From positions 1 through 28,473 of the IMG/VR virus record IMGVR_UViG_3300025870_001068: a stretch of 28,473 nucleotides of DNA. One strand, 5' to 3'. A program made the translations under genes and the position numbers. The notes under the pieces are model-generated. The model made no database searches. It saw only the letters and a program-made list of their open reading frames with translations, and was not told the origin of the DNA. This document shows, in pieces, positions 1 to 7,849 of the stretch. Position 1 is the stretch's first letter, and each line of letters starts with the position of its first letter. This stretch comes from a virus. Taxonomy: Duplodnaviria > Caudoviricetes.

Positions 1-785
1 TTTGTTGGGTCTTTGCCACTAAACGCACCACCGCCATGAGGACTATAACCCCCATAAGTATCAACAATAATTTTCCGCCCAGTAACACCTGCATCACCGT
101 CAGGACCACCAATAACAAAATTTCCAGTAGGGTTAACATGCCATGTAGTTCTTTCATCAATTAAATCTCCTAATACAGCAGTTGCTGATTGTCTTGCTAA
201 TGCTGATGCAATTTCATTCTTGCCTTCTGCGTGTTGTGTACTAATAACAACTTGATCAACTCTTTTTGCTTGGTTGCCTTCATACTCAATACTTACCTGC
301 GACTTTGCATCAGGACCTAAAAAGTCCACTGTTTGTCTAACAGTGTCTAATGTCTCTAATATCTTATGTGCATAATAAATTGGTGCTGGCATCATTGCTT
401 CATTGTCGTTACAAGCATAACCAAACATAAGTCCTTGGTCACCTGCTCCAAAAGTGTCTGTACCCAATGCAATATCTGCACTTTGTGAATGAATCTCGTT
501 ATAGATATTTAATTTGTCCCAATGAAATCCATCTTGTTCATAGCCAATTTCTTTAACCTTGTTACGAACAATTTGCTTCACTTCGTCTTTGGTTACGTTA
601 AAGTTTTTTACTTCGCCTGCTAATGTTACGTGGTTCGTAGTTACAAGTGTTTCAATTGCTACACGAGTTGTTTCGTCACCATTCTTTAACCCAGCATCGA
701 CTAATGCATCACTGATTTGATCAGCAACCTTGTCTGGGTGTCCTTTGCTTACGCTTTCGCTTGTGAAAATATAATTACTAGTCAT
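1..785 (-). CDS. metK: S-adenosylmethionine synthetase, 3' end truncated by the window edge; absent from the ORF track
   Basis: Manual translation from the ATG at 785 gives MTSNYIFTSESVSKGHPDKVADQISDA...GAGDQGLMFGYA...NPTGNFVIGGPDGDAGVTGRKIIVDTYGG...HGGGAFSGKDPT, which contains the MetK signature motifs. SD AAGGAG lies upstream and the start overlaps the end of the 92-aa ORF. Confidence 0.97.
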   Translation of the reverse strand, partial: MTSNYIFTSESVSKGHPDKVADQISDALVDAGLKNGDETTRVAIETLVTTNHVTLAGEVKNFNVTKDEVKQIVRNKVKEIGYEQDGFHWDKLNIYNEIHSQSADIALGTDTFGAGDQGLMFGYACNDNEAMMPAPIYYAHKILETLDTVRQTVDFLGPDAKSQVSIEYEGNQAKRVDQVVISTQHAEGKNEIASALARQSATAVLGDLIDERTTWHVNPTGNFVIGGPDGDAGVTGRKIIVDTYGGYSPHGGGAFSGKDPT

Positions 786-1056
786 GTTGCTCCTTAATGG
801 TATAGTATGTTGTTACTAAGTTATCCATTATTTTTTTTAATGTAAAGTTAGTTTGAGCAGTTTCGCATAGCTCTTGCCATGCAGCATAGTCTAACAGATG
901 GCCTTGTGCTCTTGCAACGCCACCCGGATCACCACCAATAATCCATCGAGGAATTTTGTTGTGTGGGGTATCTCTATATTTTGCATATACAACTCCGTCT
1001 GCTCTTTCGTATATTAGTGCAGCTCCTGGAATTAAATTACCTCTCAATTGCGACAT
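778..1056 (-). CDS. hypothetical phage protein (92 aa)
   Basis: ORF overlaps both neighbours in an operon; no recognised motif. Confidence 0.7.
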   Translation of the reverse strand: MSQLRGNLIPGAALIYERADGVVYAKYRDTPHNKIPRWIIGGDPGGVARAQGHLLDYAAWQELCETAQTNFTLKKIMDNLVTTYYTIKEQHD

Positions 1057-1564
1057 CTAGTTTTCCTTTTTTGTTAACATTATTATATACTATTGTGCCT
1101 TGAATACTATTTTGTATTGTTGTTGACCACCATGATTGATCTTCAATAATTAAATGTGCATTACGTCCGTCTGATAATCTTTTGCGGGCAGGTAGTGTGT
1201 CTATTCTTAACCATATATATTTTTTAGCAAGATGACTTATATGTTCTAAAACTTGACTAATATATTCTGGTTCGATATGTTCTAATACATCGTTACTAAA
1301 CACACACTCTGCTTCAGTTGCATTATTTGCATACAATGCAACAGCAGGATCGTATCCTACAAATCCTGAATTGGGGTATTGCTCTTTTAGGTTAGCAAGT
1401 ATTATTCCTTTACCACAACCGTAATCAAGTACACTAGAAGGTTCCCACTTACTCATGTAAGTGTGAAACTCACCTAAGTCTTTTACTTTGCCGCCAAAAC
1501 CTCTAAGTCTTTTTTTGTCAGCATGTAAAATACGAAGTTCTTCTATGTACTTCTTACTAAACAT
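1037..1564 (-). CDS. class I SAM-dependent methyltransferase
   Basis: Motif I VLDYGCGKG, YDPA and SNDVLEHIE; paralogous to 10975..11529. Confidence 0.88.
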   Translation of the reverse strand: MFSKKYIEELRILHADKKRLRGFGGKVKDLGEFHTYMSKWEPSSVLDYGCGKGIILANLKEQYPNSGFVGYDPAVALYANNATEAECVFSNDVLEHIEPEYISQVLEHISHLAKKYIWLRIDTLPARKRLSDGRNAHLIIEDQSWWSTTIQNSIQGTIVYNNVNKKGKLDVAIER

Positions 1565-1917
1565 TATTTTACAGGACTACCTACTGTGCGTCTAACAATG
1601 TCGTCGTGATTAAATTCAGCCCAATATAATTCAAAAGCTACACCGTCTTCGATACCTTCGAACTGATGTATTTTGCCGGGCTTTACTTGCATAAAGTCTC
1701 CTGGATTTAAAATAGTTTCGTCTACTAAGTTTTGATCTTCTTGCCAAACACGTACTAACATTTTACCTGACTCGACAAAGAAGCCGTTCCATTTAAATTT
1801 ATGTTCGTGTTCACTACATTTGAATCCACCTTTGTATTCAATACGGTGAAACTCTAATACACCGTTAGCATGGATCAGCTCTGTCTGACCCCATATTTTT
1901 CCTGCTTTTAAAGTCAT
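1564..1917 (-). CDS. cupin-domain protein, sugar isomerase/epimerase-like
   Basis: KIWG N-terminus, CSEHEH...FFVESG cupin motif 1 and LNPGDFMQVKPGKIHQF motif 2. Confidence 0.8.
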   Translation of the reverse strand: MTLKAGKIWGQTELIHANGVLEFHRIEYKGGFKCSEHEHKFKWNGFFVESGKMLVRVWQEDQNLVDETILNPGDFMQVKPGKIHQFEGIEDGVAFELYWAEFNHDDIVRRTVGSPVK

Positions 1918-1930
1918 TGTGTTCTCCTAT

Positions 1931-2437
1931 CTATAACAATTGACCAAAGTCGATAACTTCGCTTTGTCTGCTTATCTCTTTAATGAAGAAGGCACACAAC
2001 GGATTGTCGCCTTCTGTAATCGGTATTGAAAGTAACTGATTATTTTTTACTTTAGGGAAATACCACTTTACATCTGAATAAAAGTTAGTAATCTTTACAG
2101 TACCAAAGTCGCACTTAAAACTTGTTAACGGATTAAAAAGGAATGCTTCAAAGCCCCTATCATTAATACTGGTTAACGGTAATACTTCTAAGTCAGCACC
2201 GCTTTCACTGTCGCCTACAGCAATACTCCAATCAACCGGCATCATAATTTCATGTCCGTTAATTTCCATTACCATTGCTGGCGCACTAAATGATTCTAAA
2301 AAGATCATTGGTACAAAAAAGAAATCTGTTTCTTTTGGGTCACTGTTATCTAATACGGCAAATCGTATTTCATCTTCAATCTGTTCTGGCATGTCGTTTA
2401 GTTCAAACGATTTATTTTCTAGCGTTAATATTCTCAT
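1931..2437 (-). CDS. hypothetical protein with a possible degenerate Hint (intein-like) fold
   Basis: Beta-rich pattern resembling the Hint blocks but without the catalytic Cys, TxxH or HN. The fold call is inference. Confidence 0.6.
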   Translation of the reverse strand: MRILTLENKSFELNDMPEQIEDEIRFAVLDNSDPKETDFFFVPMIFLESFSAPAMVMEINGHEIMMPVDWSIAVGDSESGADLEVLPLTSINDRGFEAFLFNPLTSFKCDFGTVKITNFYSDVKWYFPKVKNNQLLSIPITEGDNPLCAFFIKEISRQSEVIDFGQLL

Positions 2438-2440
2438 AGT

Positions 2441-3901
2441 CTAATTCCAATCTACTTTTTCTATAGTGAAAGGATATTCTGCTTCCTTATAGAATTTTTT
2501 ACGTTGTGTTAAATGTCTCTTCGCATACTTACATGTAGATGTTAAATCCCATATCTGTACGAAGTCCTTGTCCTTTGCCTTTCTTACGCCTCTACCTATA
2601 CTCTGTATGACCCTAACAAAACTTTTGCCAGGTTCAATAAGTACAAGGTTGAAAATTCTTGGAATATTTAGACCAACAGCCGCTACTCCATATGTAGCAA
2701 TAATAACTTTGTTAGTACCATCCTTAATTTCATCGTATGTTTCTTTTCTATCTTTTACCTTAACAGTGCCACTAACGAATGTGCTATCAGGAATAAGTTC
2801 TGCTAACTTCTGTCCTGCACTAATTCTATCTACTAGTATTAGTGTATTACCCGTTTGGGAAACTGTGTTCAATAATTTGCCTATATACTCTAGTCGATTG
2901 TCGTCAGTTACTAGATACTTTAATTCTGACTGATAATCTCTGTGTTGTACAACATCAATTAGTTGTACTACATTAACATGACATTGTGCAAGTACACCTT
3001 TGTCCTGTAATTCCTTTGCACTAATTTGTCCAATAACTGGACCAATGCTTGCATGTATTGATTCAAACTCAAACTTTTCTTTAGGTATAGTACCTGTAAG
3101 TCCCCAACGTATTGGAGCGTTACGCAAGTTCTGTGTGAGTAGTTTTTTTAATACTTCTGCTTTTGCTTGGTGTACTTCGTCAATAATGATTGTACTTACA
3201 CCTTCTAAAAACTCAGCAAGACTAAGTACAGCAGATCCATCTTTAGTTTTCTTATCTAAAATATTTAAACTTTGCCATGTGCAAATAGTATGTGTACAGC
3301 CTAGCATCTTTCTGTCACCAAAGTATACTCCTACATCAAGTCCACAGTTTATGTAATCTTCTTCTGTTTGTTCTACTAATGATTTATTAGGAACAATAAC
3401 AAGACTTCTACCATACGGTTCACTCATATGCGAAAGCGTTGCTGTAGTAATAGTTTTACCAGCGCCTGTTGCAATTTGTTGTAGGCTCTGTGGATTGTTT
3501 GCAAAGTTGTTAATTGCTTCTACTTGATAATCACGTAGAATAATATCTTCGCCTTCTGCTGGATGACCTTCAGGCCACTTAACGCCTTGGTCCTTCCAAT
3601 AGTTCTCAGTCACCGGAGTAAATTTTAAATCTACAGGATGCCTTTGATCTACAATGTCTACTATTTCAACATTCTCTTTTTGTAATACCGAAACTACAGT
3701 ATCTAAATGATTAACATAGCCAGTACCACCGATGCCAAAGAAAGCAACTTTACCATCCCAACGTCCTAGTTTATACTGTGGCATATACTTTGCATATGGC
3801 ACATCAAACTTTAGTGCATTTGATAATTTTCTTCGCACGTCTACATCAAGTCCTTCTAACTTAATGTTTACTTCGTCTTGTATTATTAATCTACAGCTCA
3901 T
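2441..3901 (-). CDS. uvsW: UvsW-like superfamily 2 DNA helicase
   Basis: Q motif LRDYQ, Walker A ATGAGKT, DEVH, GLTGT and QSIGRGVR. The probable start MSCRL at 3901 overlaps the upstream stop as ATGA. Confidence 0.92.
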   Translation of the reverse strand: MSCRLIIQDEVNIKLEGLDVDVRRKLSNALKFDVPYAKYMPQYKLGRWDGKVAFFGIGGTGYVNHLDTVVSVLQKENVEIVDIVDQRHPVDLKFTPVTENYWKDQGVKWPEGHPAEGEDIILRDYQVEAINNFANNPQSLQQIATGAGKTITTATLSHMSEPYGRSLVIVPNKSLVEQTEEDYINCGLDVGVYFGDRKMLGCTHTICTWQSLNILDKKTKDGSAVLSLAEFLEGVSTIIIDEVHQAKAEVLKKLLTQNLRNAPIRWGLTGTIPKEKFEFESIHASIGPVIGQISAKELQDKGVLAQCHVNVVQLIDVVQHRDYQSELKYLVTDDNRLEYIGKLLNTVSQTGNTLILVDRISAGQKLAELIPDSTFVSGTVKVKDRKETYDEIKDGTNKVIIATYGVAAVGLNIPRIFNLVLIEPGKSFVRVIQSIGRGVRKAKDKDFVQIWDLTSTCKYAKRHLTQRKKFYKEAEYPFTIEKVDWN

Positions 3902-5106
3902 ATTTTTTCTACTTGGCTTCCTCTCCAAATTACATCATCATCGTAATGCATAACTAAATCTAACTCACCTAAGTATGTTTCAACTTTATTATTCTGTCTC
4001 GAGTTTGTTGTAATAGCAGTAATTGGCTTCCAGTTAGAAGACAGTAACGGCTTTGATACTTTGTTATTATTAATATACACTATTTTGGTAGATTTGTCAA
4101 CCGGATTATTTAAATTATGTTCTTTAATATAACGATTAAATTCTAATGCATCTTGATCTTTATTATCTAATCTAAACATAACTGTCATACTTTCGTTAGG
4201 TATAACTCCGGAGAACGCTCTATTAAATTCAAATAATTCATCTGCTGCACTTCTTTCATCTAATACAATTAGTAATGGGAAGCGGTATAATTCTAATACC
4301 GATTCTACTAAGTTGTTAATAGTAAACTCTTGTGGCTTAACTAATACATGTGTTTTTTCTCGCTGTATTAATTTTTTAGTTAGTGGTAATAATGATTTAA
4401 ATGTTTGCTCTAAATCATTTTGATCAAAGTGAGATAGTCCTAATAATTCTCTTCGGTCATAAAACTTATACAAGTTTGACGGAGTCGGTTCGCCTAACGA
4501 CGACACAACATATTCAACACCTTTTTGATGTAAGTTTTTTAAATTAAAATTATATACACCAGGAACGTAATCGTTTTTGTTTTGCATTATTGTTAATATT
4601 TTCCTATGTTGGTTAAGTAATTGCTCTTCAATATCAAAGTGCGAATCTTTAAATTCTTCTACAATATGATAGATACTATTTTCTGTTAGTTGAAAATGAT
4701 GAACTTTTTCTATCCTATCGTATCCTATATGAACTGCATTAGATATTAAATTTTCTTTTTTTGCAATTAACTTTTTACTAAAAACAAAACGTACACCTAT
4801 AGTTGGTTCTTCATAGTATGCATCGTCGAGTACTCTAATCCATTTAGCTCTATCTAACTTTCTTAACGGTAATTTTAAAACGCTAACTGCTGTTTCAATA
4901 TCACATCCGTTATCTACAAACTGAGCTTTGTATGTTGTCATAAGTTTTTCTTTAACAGCATCGTACTGACGGTCTGTAAGTCCAACTCCTTTGAAAGTTT
5001 GTCTAGCAATACTACCTAGAAAGTTAATGTCTGATGATTCTAAATCAAACTTAGGACCTTTATGCAATCCTATTAAAGTTTCTAAACATTCTTCGCACGT
5101 CTTCAT
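3898..5106 (-). CDS. hypothetical protein (~402 aa), translationally coupled to uvsW
   Basis: Long ORF; probable start MKTCEE at 5106 after GAGGAG; sigma70-type promoter upstream. Confidence 0.8.
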   Translation of the reverse strand: MKTCEECLETLIGLHKGPKFDLESSDINFLGSIARQTFKGVGLTDRQYDAVKEKLMTTYKAQFVDNGCDIETAVSVLKLPLRKLDRAKWIRVLDDAYYEEPTIGVRFVFSKKLIAKKENLISNAVHIGYDRIEKVHHFQLTENSIYHIVEEFKDSHFDIEEQLLNQHRKILTIMQNKNDYVPGVYNFNLKNLHQKGVEYVVSSLGEPTPSNLYKFYDRRELLGLSHFDQNDLEQTFKSLLPLTKKLIQREKTHVLVKPQEFTINNLVESVLELYRFPLLIVLDERSAADELFEFNRAFSGVIPNESMTVMFRLDNKDQDALEFNRYIKEHNLNNPVDKSTKIVYINNNKVSKPLLSSNWKPITAITTNSRQNNKVETYLGELDLVMHYDDDVIWRGSQVEKI

Positions 5107-5135
5107 GGATATAGTTCTCCTCAACTAATACGTAT

Positions 5136-5164
5136 ATTGTACAGTAAAATAACAGTAAAGTCAA
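5136..5164 (-). promoter_or_regulatory. sigma70-type promoter for the uvsW-metK operon
   Basis: Minus strand reads TTGACT-N17-TACAAT. Confidence 0.75.
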
Positions 5165-6042
5165 GAAGTTATTTGGTCTAACAGGTTAGTTAGAGGAATG
5201 CCTTTAGCAATTTCGTCAACAGTATATTCGGTGTGTGCATAATCATTAAGCCATGCTTGTCTACCACCCATATGCGGATCTTCAATGTCATGTAGAAAAT
5301 CTATATCATTTGCTACCGGATATGCTAATGAGCTATTACTTACAAATGCCGGAACACCATTAATAATACTGTGTATTCCTGGGTTACTTGACCAACTTAT
5401 TGTAGCCCATATATTATCAAACTTCATATCAAAGTCGTCATATGTACCTGTAAGTTTACGAGGCTCTTGTCTGTACACTTTCTCTAGTCCCAGTTCAATA
5501 TTAGGCAATCTACAACGAGGATGCGGCCTAAGCAATATTGGACGCTGTGAGTGTTTACGTATTTCTTTATATGTTTGCATAAACCAATTGCTCATACTTG
5601 GCATACTTTCCCACTGTAGGCTTTTATCATGCTGTCCGCATACTAAAATAAAATCCCCGTCGGATCTCCAAGGTTTACAAACCAGTCCCAAGTTATCAGC
5701 CCTAGACCTATCATTGTTTTGCTCACTAAAGTAACCAGTTCTGTTAATTCCATTTAATCCTACTTTCCAAGTTGTTCCACGTTTAATGCCGCCTACTTCT
5801 AAAACTATAACAGGACGTCCTAGTAAACGATTCTGATCCCATATCGTTTTGTTCTTTAACATTCTTCCGTTCCACAGCACACTCCATATAACAGCAACAT
5901 CATAATTATTATAATGATCCATTACTCTATACGGCTCATTATAAATTACAGTATGGCCAGCATCAATTATACTTTTAGCAAATGCTTCAAATATTGGCTG
6001 GCTATTTTGTGCGCCATAATCTGTGTAAAGACAAAAAATCAT
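5161..6042 (-). CDS. KpsS/KpsC-like (capsule synthesis, GT-B) glycosyltransferase
   Basis: ILLRPHP and TISWSSNPGIHSIINGVP motifs, C-terminal RQAWL...EYTVDEI. Probable start MIFCLY at 6042, since the longer start overlaps the divergent gene. Confidence 0.72.
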   Translation of the reverse strand: MIFCLYTDYGAQNSQPIFEAFAKSIIDAGHTVIYNEPYRVMDHYNNYDVAVIWSVLWNGRMLKNKTIWDQNRLLGRPVIVLEVGGIKRGTTWKVGLNGINRTGYFSEQNNDRSRADNLGLVCKPWRSDGDFILVCGQHDKSLQWESMPSMSNWFMQTYKEIRKHSQRPILLRPHPRCRLPNIELGLEKVYRQEPRKLTGTYDDFDMKFDNIWATISWSSNPGIHSIINGVPAFVSNSSLAYPVANDIDFLHDIEDPHMGGRQAWLNDYAHTEYTVDEIAKGIPLTNLLDQITS

Positions 6043-6045
6043 TGT

Positions 6046-6051
6046 TAAATA
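6046..6051 (+). promoter_or_regulatory. late promoter core TAAATA for the plus-strand glycosyltransferase
   Basis: TAAATA 30 nt upstream of the ATG at 6082; matches the core of the T4 late promoter TATAAATA. Confidence 0.6.
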
Positions 6052-6062
6052 CCTATATACAG

Positions 6063-6068
6063 TATTTA
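6063..6068 (-). promoter_or_regulatory. late promoter core TAAATA for 5161..6042
   Basis: TATTTA on the plus strand, 20 nt upstream of the ATG at 6042. Confidence 0.6.
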
Positions 6069-6081
6069 ATAAGGATAGCAC

Positions 6082-6930
6082 ATGACAGACATAACTGTGG
6101 TTACAACATTCCATCAGCCAGGACTTTCATTATACGGACAAAGATTTTTAGATAGCTTTGCTGAAAAAATTGACAATAGAATTAAATTATTAGTATATGC
6201 TGAAGATTGCAATCCAGTAAATCCTAATCCAGAACAAATTACAATATTAGATTCAAAAGAAGCATTGCCCAAACTAAATGCATTTAAAGAACGTTGGAAG
6301 GATGTACCTAAAGCAAATGGTAAGCCGCCACCTGACATTGTAGCACGTAGACCGCGAGATCACCATAAAGAATTTAAATGGGACGCTATACGCTTTGCTA
6401 ATAAGACATACGCTGTGTATGACGCTTGTGTGCGCTCTAAGGGGTGGTGTGTGTGGATGGATGCGGATACATTTGTGCATAGCGATTGGTCATACAACGA
6501 GTTCAAAGAATGCTTACCTGACAATGCTTGGATAACATATGTAGGTAGAGGCAAAGGATCACAGACTTGGCCAGAGTGTGGTTTCTACGGAATGAATCTT
6601 AACCATCCAGTGTGCCATGAATTTTTAAAAGAATTTGAGCGTGTATATGAAGAAGCAGAACAAGGTATATTCCTATTAGAAGAATGGCATGACAGTTTTG
6701 TATTTGGAAATATTTTAAATCGTATGAAACAAGACTTTCCAAGTGCATACGATTATAGTGCTAATATGTATTTACGAGAAGCAAAAACAGGCGGAGGTGG
6801 TCACCCGCTAATCAATACAGTACTAGGTAAATGGATTGATCATATGAAGGGCGATCGTAAAAATACTGGAAAAAGTCTACCAAAAGATATTATGGTTAAT
6901 AGGACCGAAGACTATTGGGCTAAGAAATAA
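6082..6930 (+). CDS. GT-A fold glycosyltransferase (nucleotide-diphospho-sugar transferase)
   Basis: ITVVTTF N-terminal strand, DxD motif VWMDADTFV, ECGF and EWHDSFVF; SD AAGGA. Confidence 0.78.
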   Translation: MTDITVVTTFHQPGLSLYGQRFLDSFAEKIDNRIKLLVYAEDCNPVNPNPEQITILDSKEALPKLNAFKERWKDVPKANGKPPPDIVARRPRDHHKEFKWDAIRFANKTYAVYDACVRSKGWCVWMDADTFVHSDWSYNEFKECLPDNAWITYVGRGKGSQTWPECGFYGMNLNHPVCHEFLKEFERVYEEAEQGIFLLEEWHDSFVFGNILNRMKQDFPSAYDYSANMYLREAKTGGGGHPLINTVLGKWIDHMKGDRKNTGKSLPKDIMVNRTEDYWAKK

Positions 6931-7849
6931 ACTGACGCATGTGACGCCAACAAGTTCCGTTTGTTAATTCACTAAACTTCCAATGCATCATACTAATACG
7001 TTGTAACCATTTTTCTCTATCATATTCTAACGGCTTTTCAATATGTTTAAAGTCAGTATTTGAAACTTCTGCACACTGGCTATTTTTCGGATCAGTTAAG
7101 AAACAATGATACCCATTTATAATAGGACCAACAGCAGCACTACTGTTATGGTTAACTACAGCCCATGCATTCTGCATATCCTTTTCGTAAGGTGTGCCAA
7201 TCCTCGATATAGACAATGAATGATGTCCACGTAATTTATTATGTAAAGTTTTTAAATACGTTTTAGCAAACCTGTCACCTGGATGCGAACGTATAATAAT
7301 GTGTCTATCAGTATAACGTCTTATATTAGCAATAGTACTAATAGCCCACGTTTCAACATCAAGACCTCCCATACTCCATCCACCGTTACGTTGTAGCATT
7401 AATACAATATGGCCGCCTGTAGTTTTGTATGGTTGTAAATTTATTCCTGTATCTTTTGATATCTGTAACCAACGTGTAGGGTCTATCTCGCTATCACAAT
7501 ACTGACCTGTACGTGGGAATACTCCGTCAAAACTGTAACGTAAATAACCGTGCGGATTAGTTTTATCGTGATATAAAAATAAATTAGCATCTGCTGTAGC
7601 AGAATGTTTTTTATTAAGTTTTTGTGTTTTTATAATTGTTTTGCGTAATCGTAAATGTTCAGTAGTAGTCTTGTCATATACCCAACCTTGGATCATACCA
7701 ACATCACAATCAAGTAAGTTATTTTGATCATGCAGAATACCAATGTCGCCAGCAGCGTTAACACCGTTAACAAATTGTCTTAGCAGTTCGGGCTTTTGCA
7801 TATTTCTATTCCCAGCAGGAACAGTTTTCAAATAACTTACAACCTTCAT
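6920..7849 (-). CDS. KpsS/KpsC-like GT-B glycosyltransferase
   Basis: IIIRSHP, AVVNHNSSAAVGPIING and REKWL...WKFSEL motifs; ATGA overlap with the upstream gene. Confidence 0.72.
   Translation of the reverse strand: MKVVSYLKTVPAGNRNMQKPELLRQFVNGVNAAGDIGILHDQNNLLDCDVGMIQGWVYDKTTTEHLRLRKTIIKTQKLNKKHSATADANLFLYHDKTNPHGYLRYSFDGVFPRTGQYCDSEIDPTRWLQISKDTGINLQPYKTTGGHIVLMLQRNGGWSMGGLDVETWAISTIANIRRYTDRHIIIRSHPGDRFAKTYLKTLHNKLRGHHSLSISRIGTPYEKDMQNAWAVVNHNSSAAVGPIINGYHCFLTDPKNSQCAEVSNTDFKHIEKPLEYDREKWLQRISMMHWKFSELTNGTCWRHMRQFIS

Noticed and set aside
786-900. SAM riboswitch upstream of metK
   Set aside because: The upstream sequence is coding and overlaps the metK start; no riboswitch consensus was recognised.
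6043-6114. Longer N-terminus given by the ORF track for 5161..6114 (likewise the 3928 and 5124 starts)
   Set aside because: The extensions overlap neighbouring genes or regulatory signals; downstream ATGs fit SD, promoter or coupling signals better.
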